DNA of 64,000 nt from Octopus sinensis (Eukaryota). Position numbers and translations under genes: made by a program. The notes beneath the pieces are model-generated. The model was not told the DNA's origin and searched no databases. It saw only the letters and a program-made list of their open reading frames with translations. Positions 50,101 through 59,350 of the stretch are shown here, in pieces (position 1 is the stretch's first letter; each line of letters begins with the position of its first letter). Location: the NCBI RefSeq assembly GCF_006345805.1, contig NC_043006.1:2046001-2110000 (forward strand), written 5' to 3'.

Positions 50101-53100
50101 TTATCTCTTTGAGAAATTCCTTTAACTTGCAAAATAAGTAACTCTAAATAGGTACTATAGTGAAGTGCAATCCACCTAATACTAAACTGCAGAAGTCTTC
50201 AAAAAAATCATGGATGCAAATCTTGTCACTCATTAAAGTTTTATTTGTTGTTATTTTCCATTCCTGTTTGTGCTTTTCACTTCACTTTATAATCGGCCCT
50301 TGTTATATCTGCTCATCCATCATACATGTGATAAATAAATAAACAAATATTAATTAATAATTATCAATGGTAATTATTATTTCAGTTGGACGCACCGATG
50401 CCTATCCGGAGATTTCCAAGGAGCTTCCACCATCCAGCTTAGTCAGCTTCCCACCTGTTCTCTCACTCATCTTTCAAACCCTCATACAGGTCCTGATACA
50501 AATAATCTGTTTCATTTCTGTCTATAATCAAAGCTGGTAAGTACACTAGTAATTAATTAGTTATCTATAACAGACTGTTTTCACATCAGCTCTAACTATA
50601 TATTGTTAACCACCCAACCGTAACAAACCATTTTCACAACACTATACTGTAAAAAGCACTGGGAATGCCGTCCTGTAAAACCACTGGTCATAGCATCTTT
50701 TAAAGAACACCCAGTACACTTTGCAAAGTGGCGTTACGAAGGGCATCCAGCTGTAGAAACCATGCCAAAACAGACTATGGGACTTGGTGTAGCCCCTGGC
50801 CTTGCCAGCTCCTGTCAAGCTGTCCAACCGATGCCAGCATGGAAAACAGATGTTAAATGGTGATGCTGATATTGTGAACTTCCCAATCATGACGGACCAT
50901 TTTTACATCAGCCCTATATTTTTTATGGCATCTGGGGGAAGGAGCAGTGGCTTTGGTCTTGGCTGGCTCCCTGATTCCGTTAATGTTGCCTTTAAAACTT
51001 TGCAAATCAACATCTCTCAGAACCCCCAAAATGTTGGCATTCTTGGAAGGAAGAAATGGGTATAATGAGTAGGGTGGGGTTTGTGGTGTTGTCCTCAACA
51101 AGATTGATAAGAGGAGGAAAACTGAGTAGGGCAGGAATTACTTGAATGAAAGTAGGATGAGTCCAGTCAATTCTAATAATTAGGGGCCATTATAGTACTA
51201 AGAGAAAAGACAAGAGAGAAAGAGAGGAACCATTTTTTCATATTCAGAATTGCTGGAGTATGGAATAAACTGCCCACATCAGTTGTTGCTGTCAGGACAC
51301 TGCATCCTTCAAAACGTCATGCTTTTGGAAATTCAGCAACAGTTCATTCGAGGTACCCCACTTTTTCTTAAACAACTCATTTACTGTTCACTTCCTCTGC
51401 ATTATTCTATGTACTGTTCAAGCAGTGTCGGTTATTTTTTCTGATGAGTTGTAGTGCACCTGAGCACCGTATACAATAAGTTCATTATTATTATAGCATG
51501 CTTGCGGGCCAGAGGCTGGAGTATGTCTGTGAGTAACTGAATGTGTAGCAGCAGTACCACCACCACTATCCCAGATGTGAGAGAAATACTCCATTGTGGA
51601 CCTCACCTGAGCTTTGTAGAATATCAATAGTTGTTGGGGTTTGAGGAATCTTCTGGTCCTGAAAAGAAGGGTCAATGGGTGGGAAGTGTTCATAGCCATG
51701 TTAAAGATGTGCTTTTCCCACGAGAAAACCTTGATGATAGTGTGAACCAAGAAGTGAGTGATTGTGAGTGCTCTGGCTTGAGTGCAGCTCATAAGTGAAG
51801 CTGGTGATGGAGTGGCACTCTGATGTTTTCCTTGATATGAGTAACAGTTGGTTGCAGTTTCTTACTGTAGGAAAGAGACAAGATTAGCATATCCCTATTG
51901 GGGGACACTTTTAAGGTCTCTGTTCATATATTCTAAAATCTCATGCTTTTTATTCGCAAGGACTACAGTTTACTGTCGTAGCCTCTATGTGGTCATTCAT
52001 TCTGTTAGCAATACTGACCAACTCTTCATCCATTCACATGGGAGAATGACCCCCTTCAGTCATGAGTGACCATGGGATTTCACCTTGAGAGTTCCCCTCC
52101 AAGGCTCAAGTCTGGGCAAAGTTTTTTTACGGAAAACTACCAGCTACCCATGCCTACCAGCCTCCCCTCTCCAAACCACCAATGTTATCCGATGGAAAAG
52201 GCAAAGGGGCTGATACAGCTTGGCAGCAGTGGTGTTGCAGCTCATTTCTACAGCTGTGTGAACTGGAGCAACATGAAATAAAGTGTCTTGCTCAAGAACA
52301 CAACCTGCAGCCTGGTCCAGGAATCGAACTCACTACCCCATGATTGTGAGCTCAATGCTCTAACCACTGAGCTGACCAAGTAGAACAATTTATTCACAGA
52401 TATTAAAAAAGAAAGAAAGAAATGGTCGTGGCTGGAATACTTTTGTTACTTGGGTGTTTTGTATTTAACCCGTTCATTACCAACCCAACTGAAACCGGCT
52501 CTGGCTCTGAGTATAAATGTCTTGTTTTCATAAATTTGGAATTAAAATCTTCCACCAAACCTTAGTCACAATTTAACTAAGTTATTTTACTGAATTCTTT
52601 GTTATATTTAAAATTAATTGGAAGAAACGCAGAGCATCTCAACAGAAGAAATACAGTAACAAAAGGGTTAAATGTGGACAAAGTTTCATGCACAGTGAAG
52701 AAGATTTCACCCCTCAATCTCTTTGAGCAATTTCGAATTTGAACTTTACAACAGCCAAGTGAACAAGGGTTTGAAACATTGCTGAAGTTACTTCCCTTTA
52801 ACATTGACTTGAAAGTACTGCCTCTCTTTTAGTGTATGCATAAGTGGCTGTGTGGATAAGAAGTCTTAGGTTCAATTCCACTGCACAGAAATTTAGGCAA
52901 GTCTCTTCTACAATAGCAGCTCTGGGTCAACCATAGCTGAAAGACCAAAGCCTTGTAAGTGGATTTGGTAGACAGAAACTGAAAGAAGCCCATCGCCTAT
53001 ATATATGTATGTATATATTTCTGTGTCTGTGTTTGTTCCCCCAACATTGCTTGACAACCGATGCTGGTGTGTTTACATCCCCGTCACCTAGCGGTTCGAC

Positions 53101-56100
53101 AAAAGAGACCGATAGTGTAAGTACTAGGCTTACAAAGACTAAGTCTTGGGGTTGATTTGCTCGACTAAAGGCGGTGCTCCAGCATGGCCGCAGTCAAATG
53201 ACTGAAACAAATAAAAGAATAAAAGAATTCCTTAACGATATTATGACCGGTTGCTGTACACTTTGCAAGACTCATGGAACAAAATATTTCTTACTTGAAA
53301 AACAGTTAAGGGTTGGTGGCGTGAAGGGCATCCAGCTGTGAAATGATGCTGATTCAACCCCTGCAAGCAGGAGAAAAAAAGATGTTCAGAAATATATTGT
53401 TCATTGAATGTCGTTTATCATCATCATTGTTTTTCCATGTTTGTAGGGATCAGACAGAATTGGTTTTGGCAGATTTTCTATGGCAGGAAACCCCTTCCTG
53501 TTAGGAACCCGCAATGTCATATTTCCCAAAGCCAGGAAAATTCTTTACGGAAGACTGGAAACAAACAATATACTCGGTTACAAACATCATGTGGTATCAA
53601 AACAAGGGCACACACACACACACAATGGGTTTCTTTCAGTTTCCATCTACCAAATTCACTCATCAGGCTTTTGATTGTCCCAGACCTCTAAAAGACACTT
53701 GCCCAAGGTGCTACAAAGTATTATTGAACCTGATCCCACATGGCTGAAAAGCAAGCTTGTCATGCCTGCCCAATATATAAATTTATGTTCTATAGTCCGT
53801 ATATTATGATTCATCATCATCATCATCATCATCATCGTTTAACGTCTGTTAAAAATTTCCTTTTACAGGTTTATACCATATATACCAAACGAAGAGGAAG
53901 AATATTTGTCATATGAAAACGCGGCCATTTTCTTGAGTTCTTGTTATCAGTATATCATTATGGCAGTTATTTACTCAAAGGGGCGACCTTTCCGGAAATC
54001 AATATTCTCTAACTGTAAGTATATCATTAATACCAAGGTTTGTTTTAGGTCAGTTAGATTTGTTTAAATTGGTCCTTGTGCCAAGAGAGGGTCTTGTATG
54101 CAAGCTCGAGTGGAGAACACTATGATGAATTAAGCATTTCCGAAAATTTTTATTGCTTTGTGTATTTACTTAACAATGCCTTTAACAGTCACATCAAGTG
54201 AAGTTTTCAAAACAAAATCTAATTAAAACATACCTACAGTCAACAATTTCACAAGAGAGAATAAATAATTTGGCAATGCTATCTCTAGAAAATGACATCA
54301 CAAAAACCATTGACTTTGAAATGATTTTGGAAGACTTCTTGGATAAAAAATCCAGAAAAGTCTGTTTTTAAAAGGCCTCTTCACAAACAGTATGTCAGTA
54401 ATTATCTTGACTTATAATAAAACATTAAAACTTTCGTATAAGCTTTCAGTTTTTAGTATATCATTGTGACTAAAGGTGGAGCCACAACCCCTCAATACTT
54501 TTTGGCTGGAACTGGTATACTACACAAAGCATAAAACATCAATTTTCAGCTTTAGTCGGGTCGAGAGCCCCACTCACTTCCTTGCTCCAGCCCGGGCTAA
54601 TACCATCTTTTCCTCCTGCTTCTCTGTTCTATCAAATTGATCTTTATAATATTTGTATTGATTGCTATATTGTCAAAGAGTGGAGTCTACACTTCCAGTG
54701 TATAGTACCTAGAACTGTGTTGAATTCTTGGTGATCTCTTATTTTTTTTATTTTTTACTATTTTCAGTCATTGGACTGCAAACCATGCTGGGGCACCCCA
54801 GAAAATCACCCCTTCCCAGTAGTAATAGGTGTTCCAAAATAAAAAAAACTAATCGACCATTCCAAATATCACTTAATCTCTTTTAATCTATTTTGTTGCA
54901 TTTATTTCTGTTACAGACTTCTTCTTGGTGAATGTTTTCCTTGCATTTCTTGCTACCATCTTTATTACTGTCTATCCGTTTCAAGGATTAGCTGAACTTT
55001 TTGAGGTAAGCAGACATTAATTATTATTATTACCACCACCACCACCATGAGGCCTAATGCTTGGCAGGTGCTTTTTATGTGCCACCAGCATAGGTGCCAA
55101 ATTCCCCCGTGAGGCCCAATGCTTAAATGCTGCCTTTTATGTGCCACCGGCACAGGTGTCAATTATACAACACCAGCATTGGCCACATTGCCTCTCCGAG
55201 GCCCAGTGCTCAACAGGTGCTTTTTATGTGCCACCAGCACAGGTGTCAGTTATACAACACCAGCATTGGCCACATTGCCTCTCCGAGGCCCAGTGCTCAA
55301 CAGGTGCTTTTTATGTGCCACCAGCACAGGTGTCAGTTATACAACACCAGCATTGGCCACATTGCCTCTCCGAGGCCCAGTGCTCAACAGGTGCTTTTTA
55401 TGTGCTGCTGGCATGGGTGCCAATTATGTGACACTGGCATCAGCCATGACTAATAAAAGAATTCCCTTGCACAATATCAGGTGCTGGCCCTCATGGCTTC
55501 TAATCTTAACTGATTGGAAGCTCTAGCTTGTACATGTTTTGTCTTGGTATAAAAGATGAGCCACAGCAAATACTCTGCTCAATACCAGAGATTTGCTTGT
55601 CAGTTGTTTGACCGTAACCAGTTGAGCATGTCCCTCAGTGGCTGACGATATGTGTATCTCTGATCATGAGCAGAAGTAGTGGGGGAGCATCATAGCCATG
55701 TGTTGAGAGAGATTCTTTGGGGTTTGAATAATTCACTTCTGGAATCATTTGGCATCATTAAAGAACCCTTATTCAGGGGCCTTTTGAGCTGGATGGGCTA
55801 CTCAAACTGAAGAAAATTCTAACAGGACTCCACTTGCAAGGTCACGCATTGTTTATTTTGATATGAGATTACCATGTTGTGTAGATGTGTTTGTGATACA
55901 TATACCTGACACACATTTATCAGACAAGTGTATTGGGCTTCGTATATTTGTACCCCAGTGTCACTTTGATGGTATGTGCAACTCTTTCACCCAATAATAA
56001 TAATAATAATAATAATAAGACAGAAATGATTATATTGTATATGTTTATATTTTTTTCAGTTGAAACCATTTCCATCAGTTTGGTATCGGTTGATCTATGT

Positions 56101-56143
56101 TGGCATTGCCATCATCAACTTCCTCTTTTCACTACTTGTAGAG
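16179..56143 (+). CDS. ATP13A3-like: P5B-type ATPase (ATP13A2-5 family, probable polyamine transporter); 20 visible exons, 5' and 3' ends missing from window
   Basis: Hand-spliced exons give one stop-free frame of 2522 nt with GT-AG introns and matching phases. Motifs LVPGD, TGES, PPALP (P5B; P5A has PPELP), [41 protein letters not shown], YENxxxF, SKGxPFR. The exact orthologue cannot be assigned without a phylogeny. Confidence 0.95.
18195..18368 (+). CDS. ATP13A3-like: visible exon 2 ([10 protein letters not shown]...[13 protein letters not shown]...LRTG)
   Basis: tctcag acceptor, gtgag donor, 174 nt; completes the TGES motif. Confidence 0.95.
18813..18958 (+). CDS. ATP13A3-like: visible exon 3 ([18 protein letters not shown]...M3 helix ...[11 protein letters not shown])
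   Basis: ttcctccag acceptor, gtaagt donor, 146 nt. Confidence 0.93.
19050..19375 (+). mobile_element. SINE family A, 5'-truncated
   Basis: gaaactgaaagaagcc...cttgacaacc...gtgctccagcatggcc...gactgaaacaagtaaaaga. Confidence 0.85.
19385..19600 (-). mobile_element. SINE family A 3' half, inverted tail-to-tail with the previous copy
   Basis: Reverse complement of 19160-19367. Confidence 0.85.
19657..20130. repeat. 233-bp tandem duplication
   Basis: tccc at 19661, 19894 and 20127; I see one difference between the copies (catgcat vs catacat). Confidence 0.92.
20390..20637 (+). mobile_element. RTE 3'UTR copy with (GAT)n tail
   Basis: Same UTR as 13079-13480. Confidence 0.85.
20829..22410. mobile_element. 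Penelope-like element remnant: GIY-YIG C-terminus (+, 21544-21750), forward pseudo-LTR (pLTR, about 22120-22410) and inverted pLTR (20829-21000)
   Basis: [30 protein letters not shown]...[17 protein letters not shown]; gaagagcacaggctcgaaacg mirrored by tttcgagcctatgctcttc. Confidence 0.82.
22892..23092 (+). CDS. ATP13A3-like: visible exon 4, M4 ([17 protein letters not shown]...CFDK)
   Basis: PPALP motif and phospho-acceptor Asp; gtaaga donor; 201 nt. Confidence 0.96.
23273..23608 (+). mobile_element. tandem dimer of SINE family B with a 26-bp target-site duplication (TSD)
   Basis: Two consecutive gagttcaaat..ccgaggtcaactttgcctttcatcc units; aaaatgaattccatagcattRtagtt at 23247-23272 and 23609-23634. 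Confidence 0.85.
24192..24450 (-). mobile_element. RTE 3'UTR copy
   Basis: catcatcatcgtttaatgtc...ctggatgcccttcctaatgccaaccactcc. Confidence 0.85.
24686..24747 (+). CDS. ATP13A3-like: visible exon 5 ([20 protein letters not shown])
   Basis: ttttcag acceptor, gtaagc donor; completes DKTGT; 62 nt. Confidence 0.93.
24900..25400 (-). mobile_element. RTE reverse-transcriptase fragment
   Basis: Minus strand [18 protein letters not shown] / [12 protein letters not shown]. Confidence 0.7.
25503..25908 (+). mobile_element. SINE family A, near full length (tRNA-like head, internal TA/TG microsatellite)
   Basis: ggagtggctgtgtggtaa (A-box-like), gggttcagtcccact (B-box-like); tail gactgaaacaagtaaaagag. 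Confidence 0.88.
26330..26680 (-). mobile_element. SINE family C
   Basis: Reverse-complement head ggaattgaactcagg...aaccactgagc; body shared with 34510-35050. Confidence 0.7.
26938..27082 (+). CDS. ATP13A3-like: visible exon 6 (MATCHSL...[14 protein letters not shown])
   Basis: ttctccag acceptor, gtgagt donor; 145 nt. Confidence 0.95.
27233..28160 (-). mobile_element. two RTE 3'UTR copies; the second contains a 26-bp minisatellite at 27921-28050
   Basis: ggtgcttttcatgtggcaccagcacc repeated at 27921, 27947, 27973 and 27999, plus a variant unit. Confidence 0.85.
29668..30200 (+). mobile_element. two tandem SINE family A copies
   Basis: gtggctgtgt head repeated at about 29668 and 29829. Confidence 0.8.
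30588..30695 (+). CDS. ATP13A3-like: visible exon 7 ([22 protein letters not shown]...)
   Basis: tttttag acceptor, gtaggt donor; 108 nt, phase 0/0. Confidence 0.9.
31036..31247 (+). mobile_element. RTE 3'UTR copy
   Basis: ggtggcacgtaaaaagcacccactacact...gacgttaaacgatgat. Confidence 0.85.
31260..32540 (-). mobile_element. RTE LINE fragment (RT end, C-terminal domain, part of UTR)
   Basis: ORF 31621-31887 WYGHVLQM...[18 protein letters not shown]...DLWRYAV; same family as 13079-13740. Confidence 0.85.
33811..34320 (+). mobile_element. SINE family A with an inserted inverted Penelope pLTR fragment (about 33985-34080)
   Basis: ggcgcaggagtggctgtgtgg head; the insert tattaggcgctcaggaa resembles the reverse complement of ttcctgagcgccacactaatac at about 22325. 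Confidence 0.8.
34663..34895 (+). mobile_element. SINE family B, well preserved, nested in a minus-strand family C SINE (34510-35050)
   Basis: TSD ctggccctttg at 34651-34661 and 34898-34908. Confidence 0.88.
35501..35657 (+). CDS. ATP13A3-like: visible exon 8, N-domain ([16 protein letters not shown]...KGSPE)
   Basis: cttttacag acceptor, gtaag donor; 157 nt. Confidence 0.95.
35708..36050 (+). mobile_element. RTE 3'UTR copy with three approximately 60-bp internal units, about 50 nt downstream of exon 8
   Basis: cacgtaaaa at 35751, 35811 and 35873. Confidence 0.88.
36159..36550 (+). mobile_element. SINE family A
   Basis: gacgcaggagtggctgcgtgg ... gactgaaacaagtaaaagag. Confidence 0.88.
37116..37230 (+). 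CDS. ATP13A3-like: visible exon 9 (PYNFQEVL...[10 protein letters not shown]...)
   Basis: ttttcag acceptor, gtaagt donor; 115 nt. Confidence 0.93.
38310..38434 (+). CDS. ATP13A3-like: visible exon 10 ([20 protein letters not shown]...TVMVTG)
   Basis: tttaaag acceptor, gtgagg donor; 125 nt. Confidence 0.94.
38784..38950 (+). CDS. ATP13A3-like: visible exon 11 ([14 protein letters not shown]...)
   Basis: tttttcag acceptor, gtaagt donor; completes TGDN; 167 nt. Confidence 0.94.
40167..40283 (+). CDS. ATP13A3-like: visible exon 12 (...[24 protein letters not shown])
   Basis: ttttag acceptor, gtaaga donor; 117 nt. Confidence 0.9.
42305..42740 (-). mobile_element. RTE 3'UTR copy
   Basis: catcatcatcatttagcgtc...ctggatgcccttcc...tttttacgtgccaccggcac. 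Confidence 0.85.
42920..42999 (+). CDS. ATP13A3-like: visible exon 13 ([27 protein letters not shown])
   Basis: poly-T gcag acceptor, gttagt donor; 80 nt. Confidence 0.93.
44426..44578 (+). CDS. ATP13A3-like: visible exon 14 ([17 protein letters not shown]...CVPTVIK)
   Basis: GDGAND hinge motif; ctttcag acceptor, gtaggt donor; 153 nt. Confidence 0.96.
44695..45151. mobile_element. hAT/Charlie-like MITE with duplicated 3' terminus
   Basis: CAGTGGTTCTCAAC start; aaaaatggttgagagcccctg ending at 45031 and aaaaatggttgaggacccctg ending at 45151. Confidence 0.6.
45380..45780 (-). mobile_element. SINE family A
   Basis: cttttacttgtctcagtcatt...ggcttctttcagtttccatctacc...cttgcccaagatgccatgcagtggggctgaac. 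Confidence 0.8.
46060..46156 (+). CDS. ATP13A3-like: visible exon 15, M5 ([32 protein letters not shown])
   Basis: ctttcag acceptor, gtgagt donor; 97 nt. Confidence 0.94.
46723..47072 (+). mobile_element. SINE family A
   Basis: ggcacaggaatggctgtgtggtaagtagc ... gactgaaacaagtaaaagag. Confidence 0.88.
47470..47690 (+). mobile_element. possible mariner terminal fragment
   Basis: gaagtgtgttcaaaaagtatc resembles mariner TIRs; partner TIR not found. Confidence 0.35.
47710..48064 (+). mobile_element. possible non-autonomous Helitron-like element
   Basis: CpG-rich body ending in ...ctgtttatatatatagagat; recognised by pattern only. Confidence 0.35.
48856..49051. repeat. long inverted repeat (about 63-67-bp arms, 66-nt spacer), probable MITE
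   Basis: 48856-48922 vs 48989-49051: one mismatch and one 4-nt indel. Confidence 0.9.
49195..49267 (+). CDS. ATP13A3-like: visible exon 16, M6 ([24 protein letters not shown])
   Basis: tttccag acceptor, gtacgt donor; 73 nt; NLxDxxFLxID motif. Confidence 0.92.
49693..49921. mobile_element. degenerate piggyBac-type MITE, second family; inverted partial relative at about 23709-23910
   Basis: TTAACCCTTTA start, ...gagTTAA end; gacattgtagggtaagtgtgag matches the reverse complement of ctcacacctaccctacattgtc. Confidence 0.55.
50386..50536 (+). CDS. ATP13A3-like: visible exon 17, M7 ([20 protein letters not shown]...NQSW)
   Basis: atttcag acceptor, gtaagt donor; 151 nt. Confidence 0.92.
51220..51330 (+). 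mobile_element. CR1 C-terminal fragment
   Basis: [23 protein letters not shown]. Confidence 0.65.
51530..51900 (-). mobile_element. CR1/L2-like LINE fragment
   Basis: ORF 51418-51792 [33 protein letters not shown] matches LYKAQVRPxMEYxSHxW. Confidence 0.7.
52469..52667. mobile_element. piggyBac-type MITE, same family as 8186-8406 with an internal deletion
   Basis: TTAA|CCCG ... AAAGGG|TTAA; shared ctgaaaccggctctggctctgagta. Confidence 0.82.
52840..53230 (+). mobile_element. SINE family A
   Basis: gtggctgtgtgg head to gactgaaacaaataaaaga tail. Confidence 0.8.
53869..54014 (+). CDS. ATP13A3-like: visible exon 18, M8 (FIPY...[35 protein letters not shown])
   Basis: cttttacag acceptor, gtaagt donor; 146 nt. 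Confidence 0.94.
54917..55005 (+). CDS. ATP13A3-like: visible exon 19, M9 ([29 protein letters not shown])
   Basis: gttacag acceptor, gtaagc donor; 89 nt, hydrophobic. Confidence 0.88.
55070..55420. repeat. 87-bp minisatellite (3 near-identical units plus partial flanks) built on the RTE-UTR core
   Basis: gtgcca/gtgc recurs at 55141, 55228, 55315 and 55402. Confidence 0.9.
56060..56143 (+). CDS. ATP13A3-like: visible exon 20, M10 ([28 protein letters not shown])
   Basis: tttttcag acceptor, gtaagt donor; 84 nt. Confidence 0.88.
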
Positions 56144-56461
56144 GTAAGTTATTACTTGAGGAATTTATAAAATGTGATCTTTGATTGAGGCTGGAAGCCT
56201 TTTGTTTGTTTTTCTCTTTATGGACATAAGGAAAATGCAGCATATACCCCTAGAAAATATATGAAGAGCTTTTTTTTTTCTTCTCTCTTACTCTTATAGG
56301 CACAGGTATGGCTGTGTAGTTAAGAAGCTTGCATCTAGTCACATGGTTCTAGGTTCAGTCCTAGTGCATGGCACCTAGAACAAGTTTCTTCTTCTATAGC
56401 CTCAGGCTGACCAAAGCCTTGTGAGTGGATTTGGTAGAGAGAAACTGAAGGGAGCTTGTCA

Positions 56462-56492
<31 letters not shown>

Positions 56493-56506
<14 letters not shown>

Positions 56507-58932
56507 ATAGGTGCAGGTATGGCTGTGTGGTAAGTAGCTTGCTTACCAACCACTTGGTTCTGGGTTCAGTCCCACTGCGTGGCACCTTGGGCAAGTGTCT
56601 TTTACTATAGCCTCAGGCTGACCGAAGCCTTGTGAGTGGATTTGGAAGACGGAAGCTGAAAGAAGCCCGTCGTATATATGTATATATATATATTTGTATG
56701 TTTGCGTCCGTGTTTGTCCCCCCACTATCACTTGACAACCAACCAACAAACATATGCTAAATACACAGACGAACAGAAAGCACAAAAGGTCACCAACTCC
56801 TTTTCAGTTATTGGCCAGAGGGTCAAAGTGCAATTTCAGCCATTATCAATAATATTGCTTCCACTCTGGAGGCACCGGCAAGAAACTTGCCGTGAATGGG
56901 ACCAAAACATAACAAGACAAGACAAGATGGGCTTGAGATGATGATGATGATGATGAATCCTTTCTGTTATAGGCACAAAGCCTGAAATTTCGAGGGAGGG
57001 GACTAGTCGATTTCACTGGTACTTAATCTATTAACCCTGAAAGGATAAAAGGCCCTGTTGACCTCGGCAGGATTTGAACTCAGAATGTAATGATGGGCAA
57101 AATACTGCCAAGCATTTTGCCCGGCAGGCTAACAATTCTGCCTTATATAATGATAATAATAATATTCATAAAAATAATAATAGGGATAATCTATAACAAT
57201 TATAGATAAGGGACTGTGACATGACAGTTACAGATAAGGGAAAACGAAGTTGTTTATTATCAGCTCATCATGTTGTTTTGATTCCAGGATTGTAAAGAAA
57301 GAGGGAGAAAAAGGAAAAAATACAATCCCTTAAAATTTGAAATAGGAAGAATTCAGAGTATGCGAACAGTAAAGGTCATGCCTCTAATAATTGGAGTGTT
57401 GGGAGCAGTAAGTGAAGATATAGACAAATGGTTGAAGGAGAAATAGCAATAGAAAGCCTGGTAGGGCTTCTACAGAAAGTCTGTCACTTAGGGACAACAA
57501 GGATTATCAGGAGGGTTCTAAGCATTTGAAAGACTGCGAGAAACTTGTGGGTATAAGACCGGACCTGAGCCAAACCAAAATAATGAACTTATTCTATACA
57601 GTGCTCAGGTGGATATATACATATTCTTTTATGCTTTTACTTGTTTCAGTCATTAGACTGCAGCAATGCTGGGGCACATGTGCATGTATGTTTATTTATA
57701 TATATATATATATATATAATATATATATATATATGTGTGTGTGTGTGTATAGGTGCAGGTATGGCTGTGTGGTAAGTAGCTTGCTTACCAACCACTTGGT
57801 TCTGGGTTCAGTCCCACTGCGTGGCACCTTGGGCAAGTGTCTTTTACTATAGCCTCAGGCTGACCGAAGCCTTGTGAGTGGATTTGGAAGACGGAAGCTG
57901 AAAGAAGCCCGTCGTATATATGTATATATATATATTTGTATGTTTGCGTCCGTGTTTGTCCCCCCACTATCACTTGACAACCAACCAACAAACATATGCT
58001 AAATACACAGACGAACAGAAAGCACAAAAGGTCACCAACTCCTTTTCAGTTATTGGCCAGAGGGTCAAAGTGCAATTTCAGCCATTATCAATAATATTGC
58101 TTCCACTCTGGAGGCACCGGCAAGAAACTTGCCGTGAATGGGACCAAAACATAACAAGACAAGACAAGATGGGCTTGAGATGATGATGATGATGATGAAT
58201 CCTTTCTGTTATAGGCACAAAGCCTGAAATTTCGAGGGAGGGGACTAGTCGATTTCACTGGTACTTAATCTATTAACCCTGAAAGGATAAAAGGCCCTGT
58301 TGACCTCGGCAGGATTTGAACTCAGAATGTAATGATGGGCAAAATACTGCCAAGCATTTTGCCCGGCAGGCTAACAATTCTGCCTTATATAATGATAATA
58401 ATAATATTCATAAAAATAATAATAGGGATAATCTATAACAATTATAGATAAGGGACTGTGACATGACAGTTACAGATAAGGGAAAACGAAGTTGTTTATT
58501 ATCAGCTCATCATGTTGTTTTGATTCCAGGATTGTAAAGAAAGAGGGAGAAAAAGGAAAAAATACAATCCCTTAAAATTTGAAATAGGAAGAATTCAGAG
58601 TATGCGAACAGTAAAGGTCATGCCTCTAATAATTGGAGTGTTGGGAGCAGTAAGTGAAGATATAGACAAATGGTTGAAGGAGAAATAGCAATAGAAAGCC
58701 TGGTAGGGCTTCTACAGAAAGTCTGTCACTTAGGGACAACAAGGATTATCAGGAGGGTTCTAAGCATTTGAAAGACTGCGAGAAACTTGTGGGTATAAGA
58801 CCGGACCTGAGCCAAACCAAAATAATGAACTTATTCTATACAGTGCTCAGGTGGATATATACATATTCTTTTATGCTTTTACTTGTTTCAGTCATTAGAC
58901 TGCAGCAATGCTGGGGCACATGTGCATGTATG

Positions 58933-58940
<8 letters not shown>
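56493..58940. repeat. 1242-bp tandem duplication bounded by (TA)n tracts
   Basis: 56493-57698 appears identical to 57735-58940; the ORF track repeats at offset 1242 (56543/57785, 56678/57920). Confidence 0.95.
57285..57590 (+). mobile_element. R4/Dong-type (restriction-like endonuclease) non-LTR 3' fragment; duplicated at 58527-58832
   Basis: RIVKKEGEKGKNTIP / VKVMPLIIGVLGAVS / LLQKVCHLGTTRIIRRVLS resembles KxxKYxxL...PxxIGALG...LQKxxLLGTARIIR. Confidence 0.7.
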
Positions 58941-58970
<30 letters not shown>

Positions 58971-58973
<3 letters not shown>

Positions 58974-59350
58974 GCACATAAAAGGCACCATTTGAGTGTG
59001 ATCGTTACTAGCATCACAATACTGGTACTTGTGCCTGTGGCACGTGAAAAACGATATTCGAGCAAGGTCGTTGCCAGTTCCACTGGACTGGCTCCTGGTC
59101 AAATGGCACATAAAAAAACACCATTTGAGCATGGGCATCGCCAATACCACCTGACTGGCCCTTGTGCTGATGGCATGTAAAAGCACCCACTACACTCTCA
59201 GAGTGGTTGGTGTTAGGAAGGGCATCCAGCTGTAGAAACTCTGCCAGATCAGACTGGAGCCTGGCACAGCCCTCTGGTTCGCCAGACCTCAGTCAAACCA
59301 TCCAACCCATGCCAGCATGGAAAGCGGACATTAAATGATAATGATGATGA
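58971..59350 (+). mobile_element. RTE 3'UTR copy
   Basis: gtggcacataaaaggcacc units ... ggaagggcatccagctgtagaaac ... gatgatgat. Confidence 0.85.
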
